From contig JBJDZN010000082.1 of assembly GCA_051868045.1 (NCBI GenBank), positions 1-40,972 of the forward strand: a stretch of 40,972 nucleotides of DNA, given 5' to 3'. The notes under the pieces are model-generated. The model was given only the letters and a program-made list of their open reading frames with translations. It was not told the DNA's origin and ran no database searches. The stretch is from Eubacteriales bacterium. GTDB lineage: Bacteria > Bacillota > Clostridia > Oscillospirales > CAG-272. Positions 18,520-28,130 of the stretch are shown in pieces (position 1 is the stretch's first letter; each line of letters begins with the position of its first letter). The translations under genes and the position numbers were made by a program.

Positions 18520-19434
18520 ATGAAAAGAATCTTCATACTTCTTTTAACTTGTTTTCTTGTATTTGCATTTATTCCGGTAAACGTTATTTCTGCCGCTGAT
18601 ACGCCCACCTTTGAGGTAGAACAAACATCTGCAAAACCGGGCGAAACGGTACAGTTGACCGTTTCGGTTGAAAACAACCCCGGAATTATCAACTTTCAGC
18701 TTCTTGTCTCCTATGATTCCGACGCGCTGGAATTGGTAAGAGCATCCGAAGGGGATTTCGCCGGACTTGCCTATGGTCAATCGGTAAGTCAGAATCCCTA
18801 TGCGATTTCATGGTCTGATGCAATACATCCCGATAATACCACTAACGGTGTGGCGGTCGTACTGACCTTCTTAGTGAAGGAAGATGCGCCCGCCGGATTG
18901 GCGGTAGTCACAGTGGGGTATAAAGATGACAACGTTTTTAATTCTTCCTGGGACAATGTGGCTTTTGATGTAATTCCAGGCGGAATTACGGTTGGATCTT
19001 CCGTCCCTTCTTTCTCGTTAGGCAGTACAGACGGAAACTCCCTGTCTACTGAAGATAATTCCGCTTTCCTGTCCAATCGCTATACCGAGGGTGCGGATAC
19101 CTTTGACCTGCGCCTTGTTCTGGTATCCGAAGAAAGTTATATCGCTTATGGAGATGTGGTAGAAATAACCTTTGTAAAAGACGGAACGGCGCCCTATATT
19201 ATCACCCGTACCATTGCAGAGGAATATGTTCAGGGCGAAACCATGAAGCTGTATGACAGTGTTATTGCCGCCGGTGAGACCTATACGGCGGCAGAGGGAT
19301 GTGTTTTGTACGGAGCAGTGATTATCGGGATTCCTTTGGAAGGGTTTGACAGTGTCACCGTTACGGTCTGCCGAGACAGTGACGTCATTGTTACCGGAAC
19401 ACTGAGTTATGAAGCCATAAAGCCCGCAGAATAA
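18520..19434 (+). CDS. Secreted cohesin-domain protein with unknown C-terminal domain
   Basis: Signal peptide; cohesin closely similar to the upstream one (EGDFAGLAYGQSV.QNPYAISWSDAIHP). Confidence 0.8.
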   Translation: MKRIFILLLTCFLVFAFIPVNVISAADTPTFEVEQTSAKPGETVQLTVSVENNPGIINFQLLVSYDSDALELVRASEGDFAGLAYGQSVSQNPYAISWSDAIHPDNTTNGVAVVLTFLVKEDAPAGLAVVTVGYKDDNVFNSSWDNVAFDVIPGGITVGSSVPSFSLGSTDGNSLSTEDNSAFLSNRYTEGADTFDLRLVLVSEESYIAYGDVVEITFVKDGTAPYIITRTIAEEYVQGETMKLYDSVIAAGETYTAAEGCVLYGAVIIGIPLEGFDSVTVTVCRDSDVIVTGTLSYEAIKPAE

Positions 19435-19447
19435 GGAGGACACAACC

Positions 19448-19576
19448 ATGGAAAATAATGAAATCAAAAATATATATGAATCCCCTGAGCTGACGGTTCT
19501 CCTGACGGACGATTCCGACATCGTTCTTGCATCCTCAGGCAATTTGGAGGAAATTCCTTTCGATCCGAAGTGGTAA
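19448..19576 (+). CDS. 42-aa peptide MENNEIKNIYESPELTVLLTDDSDIVLASSGNLEEIPFDPKW (not in ORF track)
   Basis: AAGGAGGA RBS 7 nt upstream, overlapping previous stop; followed by hairpin; YxxPxL motif. Confidence 0.8.
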   Translation: MENNEIKNIYESPELTVLLTDDSDIVLASSGNLEEIPFDPKW

Positions 19577-19616
19577 GCAGCTCTGGTTACCGATCGTCCG
19601 TATGATACGCAATACT

Positions 19617-19652
19617 TATTCCCCCCATTCCGTTTCCGGAAAGGGGGGAATA
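19617..19652. terminator. Hairpin ending the islet operon
   Basis: tattcccccc-a-ttccg-tttc-cggaa-a-ggggggaata. Confidence 0.7.
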
Positions 19653-19679
19653 TCGGTTCTTTATCCATTGGTATACCGG

Positions 19680-19952
19680 TCAGACATGGTCAGATACGAC
19701 CGAATAGCGAAAGAGTTCATCTTTGTGGGACCACTGTTTGATGCCGCAGAGCCGCAGATTGGAAACGGTCAGTCCGGTTTCTTAGTACACTTCACGGATC
19801 ACCGATTTCACGAAGGATTCCCCCGGTTCCACATGACCGCCCGGAAAGGTGATCCCCGGCCAACCGGGATCCACCCGATCCTGCACCAGTATCCGATCCC
19901 CGTCGCAGACCATGCACATATTGGTCAGGATGGTTTGTTCGCCCATTTTCAT
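19680..19952 (-). pseudogene. Nudix hydrolase (MutX/MutT-like) pseudogene
   Basis: AAGGAGA RBS; FPGGHVEPGESFVKSVIREVY*ETGL with TAA at 19782-19784 inside the Nudix box; frame ends at codon 91. Confidence 0.85.
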
Positions 19953-19967
19953 GTTGCTCTTCTCCTT

Positions 19968-20324
19968 CTATCTGCGAACAAAGGATAAATATCTCGTTCC
20001 CTGAAAGGAGAGCGTACCGACATCACCCTCTGCCAGCATACCGAATTCGTCTGACGGAATACACAACTCCATCCGATCCCCGCTTTCCACCTGAAAGGTG
20101 GCATAATAGGTGGTATGGGCGGTTGTGTGCATCATTTCACCGGTGTGATGATGGGAATGGGAGACCGATGTCCGTTTTGCAACAACGGTAGCAGTGACGC
20201 TCAGCCTTGGAGAATGGTTGTTTTGGTTCCACTGGGTAATGCCCTTGATAAGCGTAAACAGAATGATTCCGACAACAAGGATGAATATCATGAAAAACAT
20301 GATAAAAAAGAAAACTTCAAACAT
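19968..20324 (-). CDS. DUF2500-family membrane protein
   Basis: N-terminal TM, QWNQNNHSP..ATVVAKR, YYATFQVESGDRMEL, LSFQGTRY. Confidence 0.8.
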   Translation of the reverse strand: MFEVFFFIMFFMIFILVVGIILFTLIKGITQWNQNNHSPRLSVTATVVAKRTSVSHSHHHTGEMMHTTAHTTYYATFQVESGDRMELCIPSDEFGMLAEGDVGTLSFQGTRYLSFVRR

Positions 20325-20344
20325 TTCCGTTTGCTCCTGTTATC

Positions 20345-21565
20345 TCATTCCCCGAGGCAGTTGACAACCAGTATGTCCTTGTACAGGGCTTCATTATCGT
20401 CTCCAACTGTGATCTTGGCAAAATCCTCCGAGGTGCCGGCAAAATTGATCGCCGAAAGGAGGTCGCATCCCGTCAAGGCACTCCGGCGAATCTCAGTCAG
20501 CGTTGCGGGAAGATTGAGGGTCTCGAGAGCAAAGCAATCCGAGAAGAGAAACTGATCCAGATAGGTGACGCCGATGCCGACGGTGACTTCGGTAAGGGAG
20601 GTGCATTCCTCAAAGCAGTGGGTCGACAGGGTTGTCACCGAATCGGGAATGACGAGAGAGGTAAGGGAGGAACATTTGTAGAATGCAGAACTGCGCAGAT
20701 TCTCCAGACTGTCGGGAAGGGTAATATCCTTGAGGGCACGGCAGGATTCAAAGGCACTGGTCTCGATGGATCTCGTATTCGGAGAAAGAGTGATTGATTC
20801 CAGAGAAGAGCAGAGATAGAAGGTTTTTGCCTGAATGACGGTGACTTTTTCGGGAATCACGATTTCTTTGAGGGAACTGCATCCGTAGAATGCAGAGGTT
20901 CCGATCGTTGTGAGCTTGGAGGGCAGTTCGATGGTTTCAAGGGCGGTACAACCCTCGAAGACAGACTCTCCCAGCGTGCGGACGTTGGGTCCGAAATGAA
21001 CGGTTTTCAGGGCGGTACAGTTTTTGAATGCCGTCTCGCCGATGGTCTGGACGCTGTCGGGCAGCGTGATTTCCGTCAGCCAACTGTTGCCGGCAAAAGA
21101 ACTGGTTCCGATGGCAGTGATCAGTGTGTCATCCACCACATCGGGGATGGTCAGCTTGCCGGATCCGCTCTGATAGTTGGCATCATAAACCAGCGCACCG
21201 CTGTCATCAAAGGAGTAGTAAGGTGCATTTTCAGTGGAAACGAAGATGGCATCGGTTCTGCCGGTGAACTGTATGGAAATGCTGTCCGCTTGCTCTGCAC
21301 TGTCCTTGTAGTCTCCCAGACTGCGGAAGGCATTGTAGGCAACGGTGTACTTGCCGTCTTCCAGTGCCTCGCACGCCTGAGCATAGGCAGATGCGTTGTC
21401 GGGAAGGAAATAGAGAACAATAGCGGCGATCAGACCGCCGACAAACAGACAGCCGATCAGACAGAAGATGACGGTCAGCAACCGCTTCTGCAATGCTTCT
21501 CTTTTTGCTGCTTTGATCTCATCCCGACTCAGCGAGCTGCTTTTCTTTGTGTTGGAACTTTTCAT
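20345..21565 (-). CDS. Membrane-anchored BspA-like LRR protein
   Basis: TM helix, short TPR-like LGDYKDS motif, about 10 LxxIxxP..IG..AF..C repeats; start set at MKSSN after GGGGGA. Confidence 0.85.
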   Translation of the reverse strand: MKSSNTKKSSSLSRDEIKAAKREALQKRLLTVIFCLIGCLFVGGLIAAIVLYFLPDNASAYAQACEALEDGKYTVAYNAFRSLGDYKDSAEQADSISIQFTGRTDAIFVSTENAPYYSFDDSGALVYDANYQSGSGKLTIPDVVDDTLITAIGTSSFAGNSWLTEITLPDSVQTIGETAFKNCTALKTVHFGPNVRTLGESVFEGCTALETIELPSKLTTIGTSAFYGCSSLKEIVIPEKVTVIQAKTFYLCSSLESITLSPNTRSIETSAFESCRALKDITLPDSLENLRSSAFYKCSSLTSLVIPDSVTTLSTHCFEECTSLTEVTVGIGVTYLDQFLFSDCFALETLNLPATLTEIRRSALTGCDLLSAINFAGTSEDFAKITVGDDNEALYKDILVVNCLGE

Positions 21566-21732
21566 GCCAATCCCCCGAACCTTGAAACTGTTGTGATTCG
21601 ACATCGACTGCGGTGTCCGAATCCGATACCGACGGCAAATCCTCTGAAAATCGTTACAGATTTATGAATTCATGAATGTTTGGATGCCGTTTTTGAAAAA
21701 CGACTGCCGCAGGATCTGCGACAGTCTGTTCT

Positions 21733-21809
21733 TGGCGTTCCCGAGGTGACTTGAACACCCGACCTACCGCTTAGGAGGCGGTCGCTCTATCCAACTGAGC
21801 TACGGAAAC
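21733..21809 (-). tRNA. tRNA-Arg(CCT)
   Basis: GTTTCCG..CGGGAAC-G-CCA acceptor, TAGCTCAGTTGGATAGAGC D-arm, ACCGC-CTCCTAA-GCGGT anticodon arm, TTCAAGT T-loop. Confidence 0.96.
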
Positions 21810-21872
21810 ATCTTCTTCGCAAATTTTCGTGCACTCACCTTTCTGCAGGGACCCATTGAACGCAGCCGACCT

Positions 21873-21948
21873 ATTATAACACATTCTTTCCTGAATTTCA
21901 AGTATTTTTTAAAAATCTCTTGAAAATTTCACAATTATGTACTATAAT
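21873..21948. promoter_or_regulatory. Divergent sigmaA promoters (tRNA and LCP-glyQS)
   Basis: Minus strand TTGAAA-17-TATAAT at 21873-21901; plus strand TTGAAA-17-TATAAT at 21920-21948. Confidence 0.7.
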
Positions 21949-22057
21949 AGGAGAGCAGCGTGAGAACACGGAAATGGGAACCTGCGCTGCGGCATATCAG
22001 AAGATGTTTACCTAGCTGTTATTTCGGAGAAGGAACGGTCATTAAGGGGGATTTTAC

Positions 22058-22981
22058 TTGACATTTGTACGGAATTTTCTGATTGCATTTGCCATTGCAT
22101 TTGCACTCTTTCTTCCCATTGCCTATTTTACGGTGAATTATGTGGTGGATGAAATTGAAAAGGGTACCAACCATTCGACGGAAGAGTTGTCCGATTCCTC
22201 CGACGGGCAGGATGGGGACGATGGTCCCATGCCGGATGCCGTCGGAAAGCTGTCCCTGCTCCAGATCGTAACCTCGGCGGGGGATCCCACTCAGATTGAG
22301 TTTATGACACTGGTTCACTTCAATCTGGACAGCCGGCAGGTGGTGATTACCGTCCTTCCGGGTGATATGAAGGTGCAGGTCAAGGGCGTGGATATGAGTC
22401 TGTCTGAGGGATATGGCTTTCAACTGTCCGGCGAATACGACCTTCCCGATGATTACATAGCCGAGGTAGTCACCGCCTGTACGGGCGTGTCCATTGATTG
22501 CTACTGCGTGGTGGATCTGAACACCTTTGCCGGCGTTGCCGACAATCTGGGCGGCATCCGGGTGGAATTTGCTGAGGCATTCACCATCTATGACGGCGGT
22601 ACCCGCTTTTTCCCCAAGGGAGCCAATACGCTGACCACCGCCGATCTGCTTTCCCTGCTGAACTATCAGGGCTATACCTCGCCAAGTACCCGCCTTCAGA
22701 TGATCTCTGCGGTATGCAAGTCGATCCTGGATGCCAGATGCACCACCGAGGGCTATCTTGAGTTGGATGAAACATGGGCAAAAATCTCTCGGAATATGTT
22801 GTCCTATGATCTGGGGTCTTACGATTCCCCACGGGACTTTGCTCATCGCTTCTACAGCTATCGTTTCTGCACCGTTACCCAGCTTGGTGTGCAGGGAAGC
22901 TATGTGGATGTAAACGGCGAGCGGCTGTTTTCGGTGGATTATACCAATATGATCGCTCAGATGCGTCAGTACAGTAAATGA
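22058..22981 (+). CDS. LytR-CpsA-Psr (LCP) family protein, divergent
   Basis: N-terminal TM, ITVLPGDMKV, GVSIDCYCVVD..F..VADNLGGI. Confidence 0.7.
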   Translation: MTFVRNFLIAFAIAFALFLPIAYFTVNYVVDEIEKGTNHSTEELSDSSDGQDGDDGPMPDAVGKLSLLQIVTSAGDPTQIEFMTLVHFNLDSRQVVITVLPGDMKVQVKGVDMSLSEGYGFQLSGEYDLPDDYIAEVVTACTGVSIDCYCVVDLNTFAGVADNLGGIRVEFAEAFTIYDGGTRFFPKGANTLTTADLLSLLNYQGYTSPSTRLQMISAVCKSILDARCTTEGYLELDETWAKISRNMLSYDLGSYDSPRDFAHRFYSYRFCTVTQLGVQGSYVDVNGERLFSVDYTNMIAQMRQYSK

Positions 22982-23019
22982 ATTTGAATATATGCACAAA
23001 ATGAAAGGAAAAAATAAAA

Positions 23020-24417
23020 ATGAACAACAGCGAAAAGACAATGGACAAAATTGTCGCATTATGCAAGAACAGAGGCATTATTTATGCGGGAAGTGAGATC
23101 TACGGCGGTCTCTCCAACTCCTGGGACTACGGACCTCTCGGCGTCGAATTCAAAAACAATGTCAAGAAGGCATGGTGGAAGAAATTCGTGCAGGAATCTC
23201 CCTATAACGTAGGTCTGGACAGTGCCATCATCATGAACCCCCAGACATGGGTGGCATCGGGACATCTGGGCGGATTTTCCGACCCCTTGATGGACTGTAA
23301 GGTCTGCCGTTCCCGTCACCGTGCCGATAAACTGATCGAGGACTACGCCTTCCAGAACGGGCTTGATGACAATCCCGCCGGCTGGACCGACGAGCAGATG
23401 ATGAACTACATCAAGGAAAAACACATCACCTGCCCCTCCTGCGGCAGTTCCGATTTTACCTCCATCCGGAAATTCAACCTGATGTTCAAAACCTTCATCG
23501 GTGTCACAGAGGATTCCGCCAATACCGTTTATCTGCGTCCCGAGACGGCACAGGGCATCTTTGTCAACTTCAACAATGTGGCAAGAACCACCCGTAAAAA
23601 GCTGCCCTTCGGTGTAGGACAGATCGGAAAATCCTTCCGAAACGAAATTACACCCGGCAACTTCGTTTTCCGTACCCGTGAGTTTGAGCAGATGGAGCTG
23701 GAGTTCTTCTGCAAGCCGGGAACCGACCTTGAATGGTTCCGCTACTGGAGAGGCTTCGCCGAGAACTTCCTGCTGTCCCTTGGCATGAAGAAGGAGAATA
23801 TGCGTCTTCGTGATCATTCTCCCGAGGAACTTTGCTTCTACTCCAAGGCAACCACCGATATTGAGTTCCTGTTCCCCTTCGGATGGGGCGAGCTGTGGGG
23901 CATTGCCGACCGTACCGACTACGACCTGACTCAGCATCAGAACACCTCCGGACAGTCTTTGGAGTATTTTGATCCCGAAACCAACACCAAGTATATTCCC
24001 TATGTCATCGAACCCTCTTTGGGTGCCGACCGTGTGGCACTGGCATTCCTGTGCGATGCCTATGATGAGGAGGTTGTGGATCCCGAGAAGAACGACGTTC
24101 GTGTGGTTCTCCACCTCCATCCTGCCCTTGCTCCCGTCAAGGCAGCGGTTCTCCCGCTGTCCAAGAAACTCTCCGATAAGGCTATGGAGGTTTACAACTC
24201 CCTTGCCAAGTATTTTAACGTGGATTTCGACGAGGCAGGTTCCATCGGTAAGCGTTACCGCCGTCAGGACGAAATCGGAACGCCCTACTGCATCACCTAC
24301 GACTTTGATTCGGAGAACGACGGCTGCGTCACCGTCCGTGACCGTGACTCCATGGAGCAGATTCGCCTTCCCATTGCCGATCTGAAGAGCTATCTGGAAG
24401 AGAAGATCGCATTCTGA
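23020..24417 (+). CDS. glyQS: Glycine--tRNA ligase (alpha2 type)
   Basis: [48 protein letters not shown]. Confidence 0.97.
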   Translation: MNNSEKTMDKIVALCKNRGIIYAGSEIYGGLSNSWDYGPLGVEFKNNVKKAWWKKFVQESPYNVGLDSAIIMNPQTWVASGHLGGFSDPLMDCKVCRSRHRADKLIEDYAFQNGLDDNPAGWTDEQMMNYIKEKHITCPSCGSSDFTSIRKFNLMFKTFIGVTEDSANTVYLRPETAQGIFVNFNNVARTTRKKLPFGVGQIGKSFRNEITPGNFVFRTREFEQMELEFFCKPGTDLEWFRYWRGFAENFLLSLGMKKENMRLRDHSPEELCFYSKATTDIEFLFPFGWGELWGIADRTDYDLTQHQNTSGQSLEYFDPETNTKYIPYVIEPSLGADRVALAFLCDAYDEEVVDPEKNDVRVVLHLHPALAPVKAAVLPLSKKLSDKAMEVYNSLAKYFNVDFDEAGSIGKRYRRQDEIGTPYCITYDFDSENDGCVTVRDRDSMEQIRLPIADLKSYLEEKIAF

Positions 24418-24456
24418 GTCCCAATCGTATCGGTCAGCTCCCGCTTGACTGTTATC

Positions 24457-24494
24457 AAAAATCGCAAACGGATTTTTCCGTTTGCGATTTTTTT
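24457..24494 (+). terminator. Intrinsic terminator of glyQS
   Basis: aaaaatcgcaaacgga-tttt-tccgtttgcgatttttt. Confidence 0.85.
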
Positions 24495-24577
24495 GGTGAA
24501 ATTATCCAAAATTTTGATAGCTTTACTGTGCATTTGTACAAAATCATGCGATTGCATAAAAAAATGTTGAAAAGCCA

Positions 24578-24606
24578 TTGACAAAATGATAACAATCTGA
24601 TATAAT
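24578..24606 (+). promoter_or_regulatory. sigmaA promoter
   Basis: TTGACA-17bp-TATAAT. Confidence 0.75.
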
Positions 24607-24709
24607 GCAATCAGCAGATTACGAAAGAGTAGAAAATGATTTCAAATAGTGAGAGGAGGGTTGGAATCTGAGTCTTTCGTATGCAATCATAAAACGAAAG
24701 GTGGATCTT

Positions 24710-25186
24710 ATGTTCAAACAATATCCCAAAAAGCTCCTGAAAGCCCTTTTATACCTTCTTTTCTCCGATGCCCTGTCACTGCCGTTTTTCATGATACTGA
24801 AAACGGCGCTGGGGGCTATAACGCAGAATCAGACGATTCAATCGGTCTTCTGTCTGATCGTTCCCGCCGTAATCCTGGCGTTTTTTACCTACAAGCGCAG
24901 ACTCAACTTCCAGGATATGAGACGTGAATATGTGAAGATGTTGGAAAATCGGAGTCCGAGTGCCAAAGAGAGAGTGGTCTATATCTTGAAAAGTTCCGAT
25001 TTTATCTGTGAACTTTTCGCCTTTCTGACCATTCTGCTGCCGCTTATCATTATATATATGATTGTCTCTATCTGGAATGTGATTCTCGTTATCCCGGCAG
25101 TCCTGCTGTTTGTGCTGTGTGATCTGCTTGCCTGGTACTTTGTCTACCGGAATTGGGAATCCGAGCGCATACGCAAATATGATTGA
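24710..25186 (+). CDS. Hypothetical 4-TM membrane protein
   Basis: Hydrophobic segments, AAAGGTGG RBS, own promoter, hairpin after stop. Confidence 0.7.
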   Translation: MFKQYPKKLLKALLYLLFSDALSLPFFMILKTALGAITQNQTIQSVFCLIVPAVILAFFTYKRRLNFQDMRREYVKMLENRSPSAKERVVYILKSSDFICELFAFLTILLPLIIIYMIVSIWNVILVIPAVLLFVLCDLLAWYFVYRNWESERIRKYD

Positions 25187-25331
25187 GAAAATAGGTTCCG
25201 TTTCCTTTTTGTGGGAAAACGGAACCCATTTTTTGCAGATTTCATCTGAAAAATTTACACCTTACCTTGACAAAGCAGGGATAATGTGGTAAAATAATGT
25301 CGGAATTTGTTACATGAAGGAGGTTTTTTCT

Positions 25332-25895
25332 ATGGGCAAACGGATGATAGGCTTGGGTCTTATTCTGTTGATGCTGATTTCCTGCCAAAGCCGCTCTTAT
25401 TTTCAGGTCGGCGGCAATGAGGGCGGTGAGGACAGTGTAAATTCCACTGTTCAGTCTGAAGTCCTTTCGGACACAGTTCAATCACAGATGTCAAGCTCGG
25501 TCCGGCTGACTCCGGTAGAAAAACAGACAACCCCGTTGATAACCACGGAAACCTTGCCGCCAGTGACCGAATGGCTTCCGCAAACGACGGCGGAAGCTGA
25601 TATAACGCAAGAGCCGACTCCGATCGGAATCCTTCTTCTGGAGTTCACCGATTCGGTTACGAAGGGAAGTAATGCCACCGTAACCATCAAAGGAAAGCCT
25701 GATACCGTCTATTCCATCAAGGTCAGGTACTCCTCCGGGTACAGCACGGCAAAGGGTCTGGAGGACCAAACCTCCGACAGTGACGGCATTTGCAGTTGGA
25801 CTTGGCGGGTAGGTGCTTCCACCAAGTCGGGAAGCTATCCTGTCACCATTTCCGATGGTACCGATACCTATGAACTGACCCTTACCGTCGAATGA
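25332..25895 (+). CDS. Lipoprotein with S/T-rich linker and small beta-sandwich domain
   Basis: AAGGAGG RBS, lipobox LISC, C-terminal SWTWRVG domain. Confidence 0.75.
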   Translation: MGKRMIGLGLILLMLISCQSRSYFQVGGNEGGEDSVNSTVQSEVLSDTVQSQMSSSVRLTPVEKQTTPLITTETLPPVTEWLPQTTAEADITQEPTPIGILLLEFTDSVTKGSNATVTIKGKPDTVYSIKVRYSSGYSTAKGLEDQTSDSDGICSWTWRVGASTKSGSYPVTISDGTDTYELTLTVE

Positions 25896-25968
25896 ATGGA
25901 TTCACCATAATAAAATTATTCCCCTCGGTCCGTTGAGACCGGGGGGAATGATACTATTTGATGCAGGT

Positions 25969-27204
25969 TTAATCCTCGTCGTCGTACTGACTGCGCTTTT
26001 TCTTGCGAATCGAGAAGAAGATAATAAGTCCTGCGGCAACGACAACGACGGCAATCACAATGATGTACACGGTGAAGCTTGTGTCGGTGCTTTCAATCTT
26101 CATCTCTTCCCACAGATCGTTGATGTATTGCAGCGTATCATTGTCCAGATTCCGATAGCCGTACCGGTTGAGTTGGGACTGGAAGTCGAAGTCTTCCTTG
26201 TAGAGGGTAGCTATTGCCTCCTCACCCATTTCCTCAATGTATCCGGCATCCTCGCTGACCAGTGAGTTGGGCGATGCGTAGTAGATATATTCTGCATTGG
26301 CAATTGCCGCATCCTTGGAGAGCATGAAATTGATGAAGATTTCTGCAAGCTCCCGGTTGGTGCTGGAGGCGGGGATACACATGCTGTCCACGAAGACGTT
26401 GGTTACGTCGGGCTGATAGAAACGCAGATCCACGTTCTCGCTCTGGGCATCGACCATGGTGAAATAGTCACCGGCATAGTATGCGCAGATTGCCGCCTCG
26501 CCGGATTGCATCTTGTTGAAGACCTCGTCCATAACGAACGCCTGAACGTTGGATTTGCCTTCCATCAGGTGGCTCAGTGCTCTGTCCCACTCTGCCTTAT
26601 CGGTGGTGTTGACGTCAATACCCTGATCGTACATGGAGATACCGAAGGCATCACGGGAGTTGTTGATCATCAGAATTTTGCCGGCATAGTCCTCGTCCCA
26701 GAAGATGGACCAGCCCTTTTCCTCAACAACGGCAGGATCAACCACATTGGCATTGTAGATGATACCCAGAACACCGTAGGTATAGGGAACAGAGTACTCG
26801 TTGTTCTCGTCAAAGTAAAGATTCTTGTACGGGTCGCCGATGTACTGATAGTTGGGAATATTGTCGAAATTCAGCTTTGCAAGAAGGTTTTCATCCTTCA
26901 TACGCTGAATCATATAATCGGAGGGGATAATCACATCATAATCGGTAGCACCGCTCTTGATCTTGGCAAGCATATCCTCGTTGCTGTCGTAGGTGGTATA
27001 GTTCACCTTGACTTTCTCGCCGTAGGTTTCTTCATACCATTTTTCGAATTCGGAAACGGTGTCGTAGGTTCCGTCCTTGCCATCGGAAATATACATACCC
27101 CAGTTGTAAACATTTAAGGTCTTGGTGTCGCCGCAGCTGCTGAGAGCAAAGCAAATTGCTACCAGAGAAAGCAGCAGGGCGGAAAAAACAATCATCTTTT
27201 TCAT
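25969..27204 (-). CDS. potD: Spermidine/putrescine-binding lipoprotein
   Basis: LNVYNWGMYI, YDSNE, IIPSDYMI, YYAGD; operon context. Confidence 0.92.
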   Translation of the reverse strand: MKKMIVFSALLLSLVAICFALSSCGDTKTLNVYNWGMYISDGKDGTYDTVSEFEKWYEETYGEKVKVNYTTYDSNEDMLAKIKSGATDYDVIIPSDYMIQRMKDENLLAKLNFDNIPNYQYIGDPYKNLYFDENNEYSVPYTYGVLGIIYNANVVDPAVVEEKGWSIFWDEDYAGKILMINNSRDAFGISMYDQGIDVNTTDKAEWDRALSHLMEGKSNVQAFVMDEVFNKMQSGEAAICAYYAGDYFTMVDAQSENVDLRFYQPDVTNVFVDSMCIPASSTNRELAEIFINFMLSKDAAIANAEYIYYASPNSLVSEDAGYIEEMGEEAIATLYKEDFDFQSQLNRYGYRNLDNDTLQYINDLWEEMKIESTDTSFTVYIIVIAVVVVAAGLIIFFSIRKKKRSQYDDED

Positions 27205-27263
27205 GAGATCAGTCCTTTCAAATCGGTTATCGGTCCATTATCGCAATCGCATGATGCGTAATA

Positions 27264-28130
27264 TCAGTCAGGTAGTTGCTTTTGCTGCTTTTTGGCGGCA
27301 CGGAGAGCTTTCCGTTGTTGCTTGCGTTTGGCACGCTGAATCTTTTCATCCTCGTCCCGATTGACCATGTTGGAAAGCAGGAGCAGAACAAAGACCACGA
27401 CAAAGATCAAAGTGGACAGGGCGTACATATCGGGACGCACGCTCTTCTTGGTCATGGTGTAAATGCGGATAGGCAGGGTCTCGAAACCCGAGCCGATGGT
27501 GAAATAGCTGATGACGAAATCGTCCAGCGACAGGGTGAATGCTGTGATCAGTCCGGACAGAATGCCGGGCATAATGGCGGGAATCTCGACCTTCAGAAAG
27601 GTCTGAAGGGGCGTACATCCCAGATCCATCGCTGCCTCTGACAGATGCTTGTCCATCTGTCTTACCTTGGGCTGAACCGACAGAAAGACGTAGGGAATAC
27701 AGAAGGTGATGTGAGCGATCAGCAGGGTAAAGAAGTTCAGCGAGCTTTTGGCTCCGGTCAGACCGCCGACAAAGGCAAACATCAGCATCATGGAGACACC
27801 CGTTACGATGTCGGGGTTCATCATGGGCAGATTGGTTACCATCATAACACCCGACTGGAAGTATTTGTTGCGGTATGCCCGCATTCCGACTGCGGCAAGG
27901 GTGCCGATGACGGTGGAAATCACAGAAGACAGTACTGCAAGGATAAGGGTGTTCCGCAGTGCCATAATGGATGCCTTGTCGTTGAGCAGACTCCGATACC
28001 ATTGAAGAGAAAAGCCCGTAAAGACATAGGTGCTGGTGGAATCGTTGAAGGAGATCATCATCATGACGGCAATGGGAGCATACAGAAAGATGAAAACCAA
28101 CACCACATAGATTTTGGACAGGGTTTTCAT
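27264..28130 (-). CDS. potC: Polyamine ABC permease
   Basis: FLYAPI, EAAMDLGC, FTLSLDDF. Confidence 0.92.
   Translation of the reverse strand: MKTLSKIYVVLVFIFLYAPIAVMMMISFNDSTSTYVFTGFSLQWYRSLLNDKASIMALRNTLILAVLSSVISTVIGTLAAVGMRAYRNKYFQSGVMMVTNLPMMNPDIVTGVSMMLMFAFVGGLTGAKSSLNFFTLLIAHITFCIPYVFLSVQPKVRQMDKHLSEAAMDLGCTPLQTFLKVEIPAIMPGILSGLITAFTLSLDDFVISYFTIGSGFETLPIRIYTMTKKSVRPDMYALSTLIFVVVFVLLLLSNMVNRDEDEKIQRAKRKQQRKALRAAKKQQKQLPD

Noticed and set aside
19782-19784. Stop-codon recoding in the Nudix gene
   Set aside because: TAA is a normal stop throughout the window and the gene is also truncated.
19527-19988. 153-aa plus-strand ORF
   Set aside because: Shadow of the Nudix pseudogene; it runs through the terminator.
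21733-21809. tRNA as an integration site
   Set aside because: No duplicated 3' end or integrase seen in the window.
21950-23020. T-box leader for glyQS
   Set aside because: Only 38 bp separate LCP and glyQS, and I found no T-box motif upstream of LCP.
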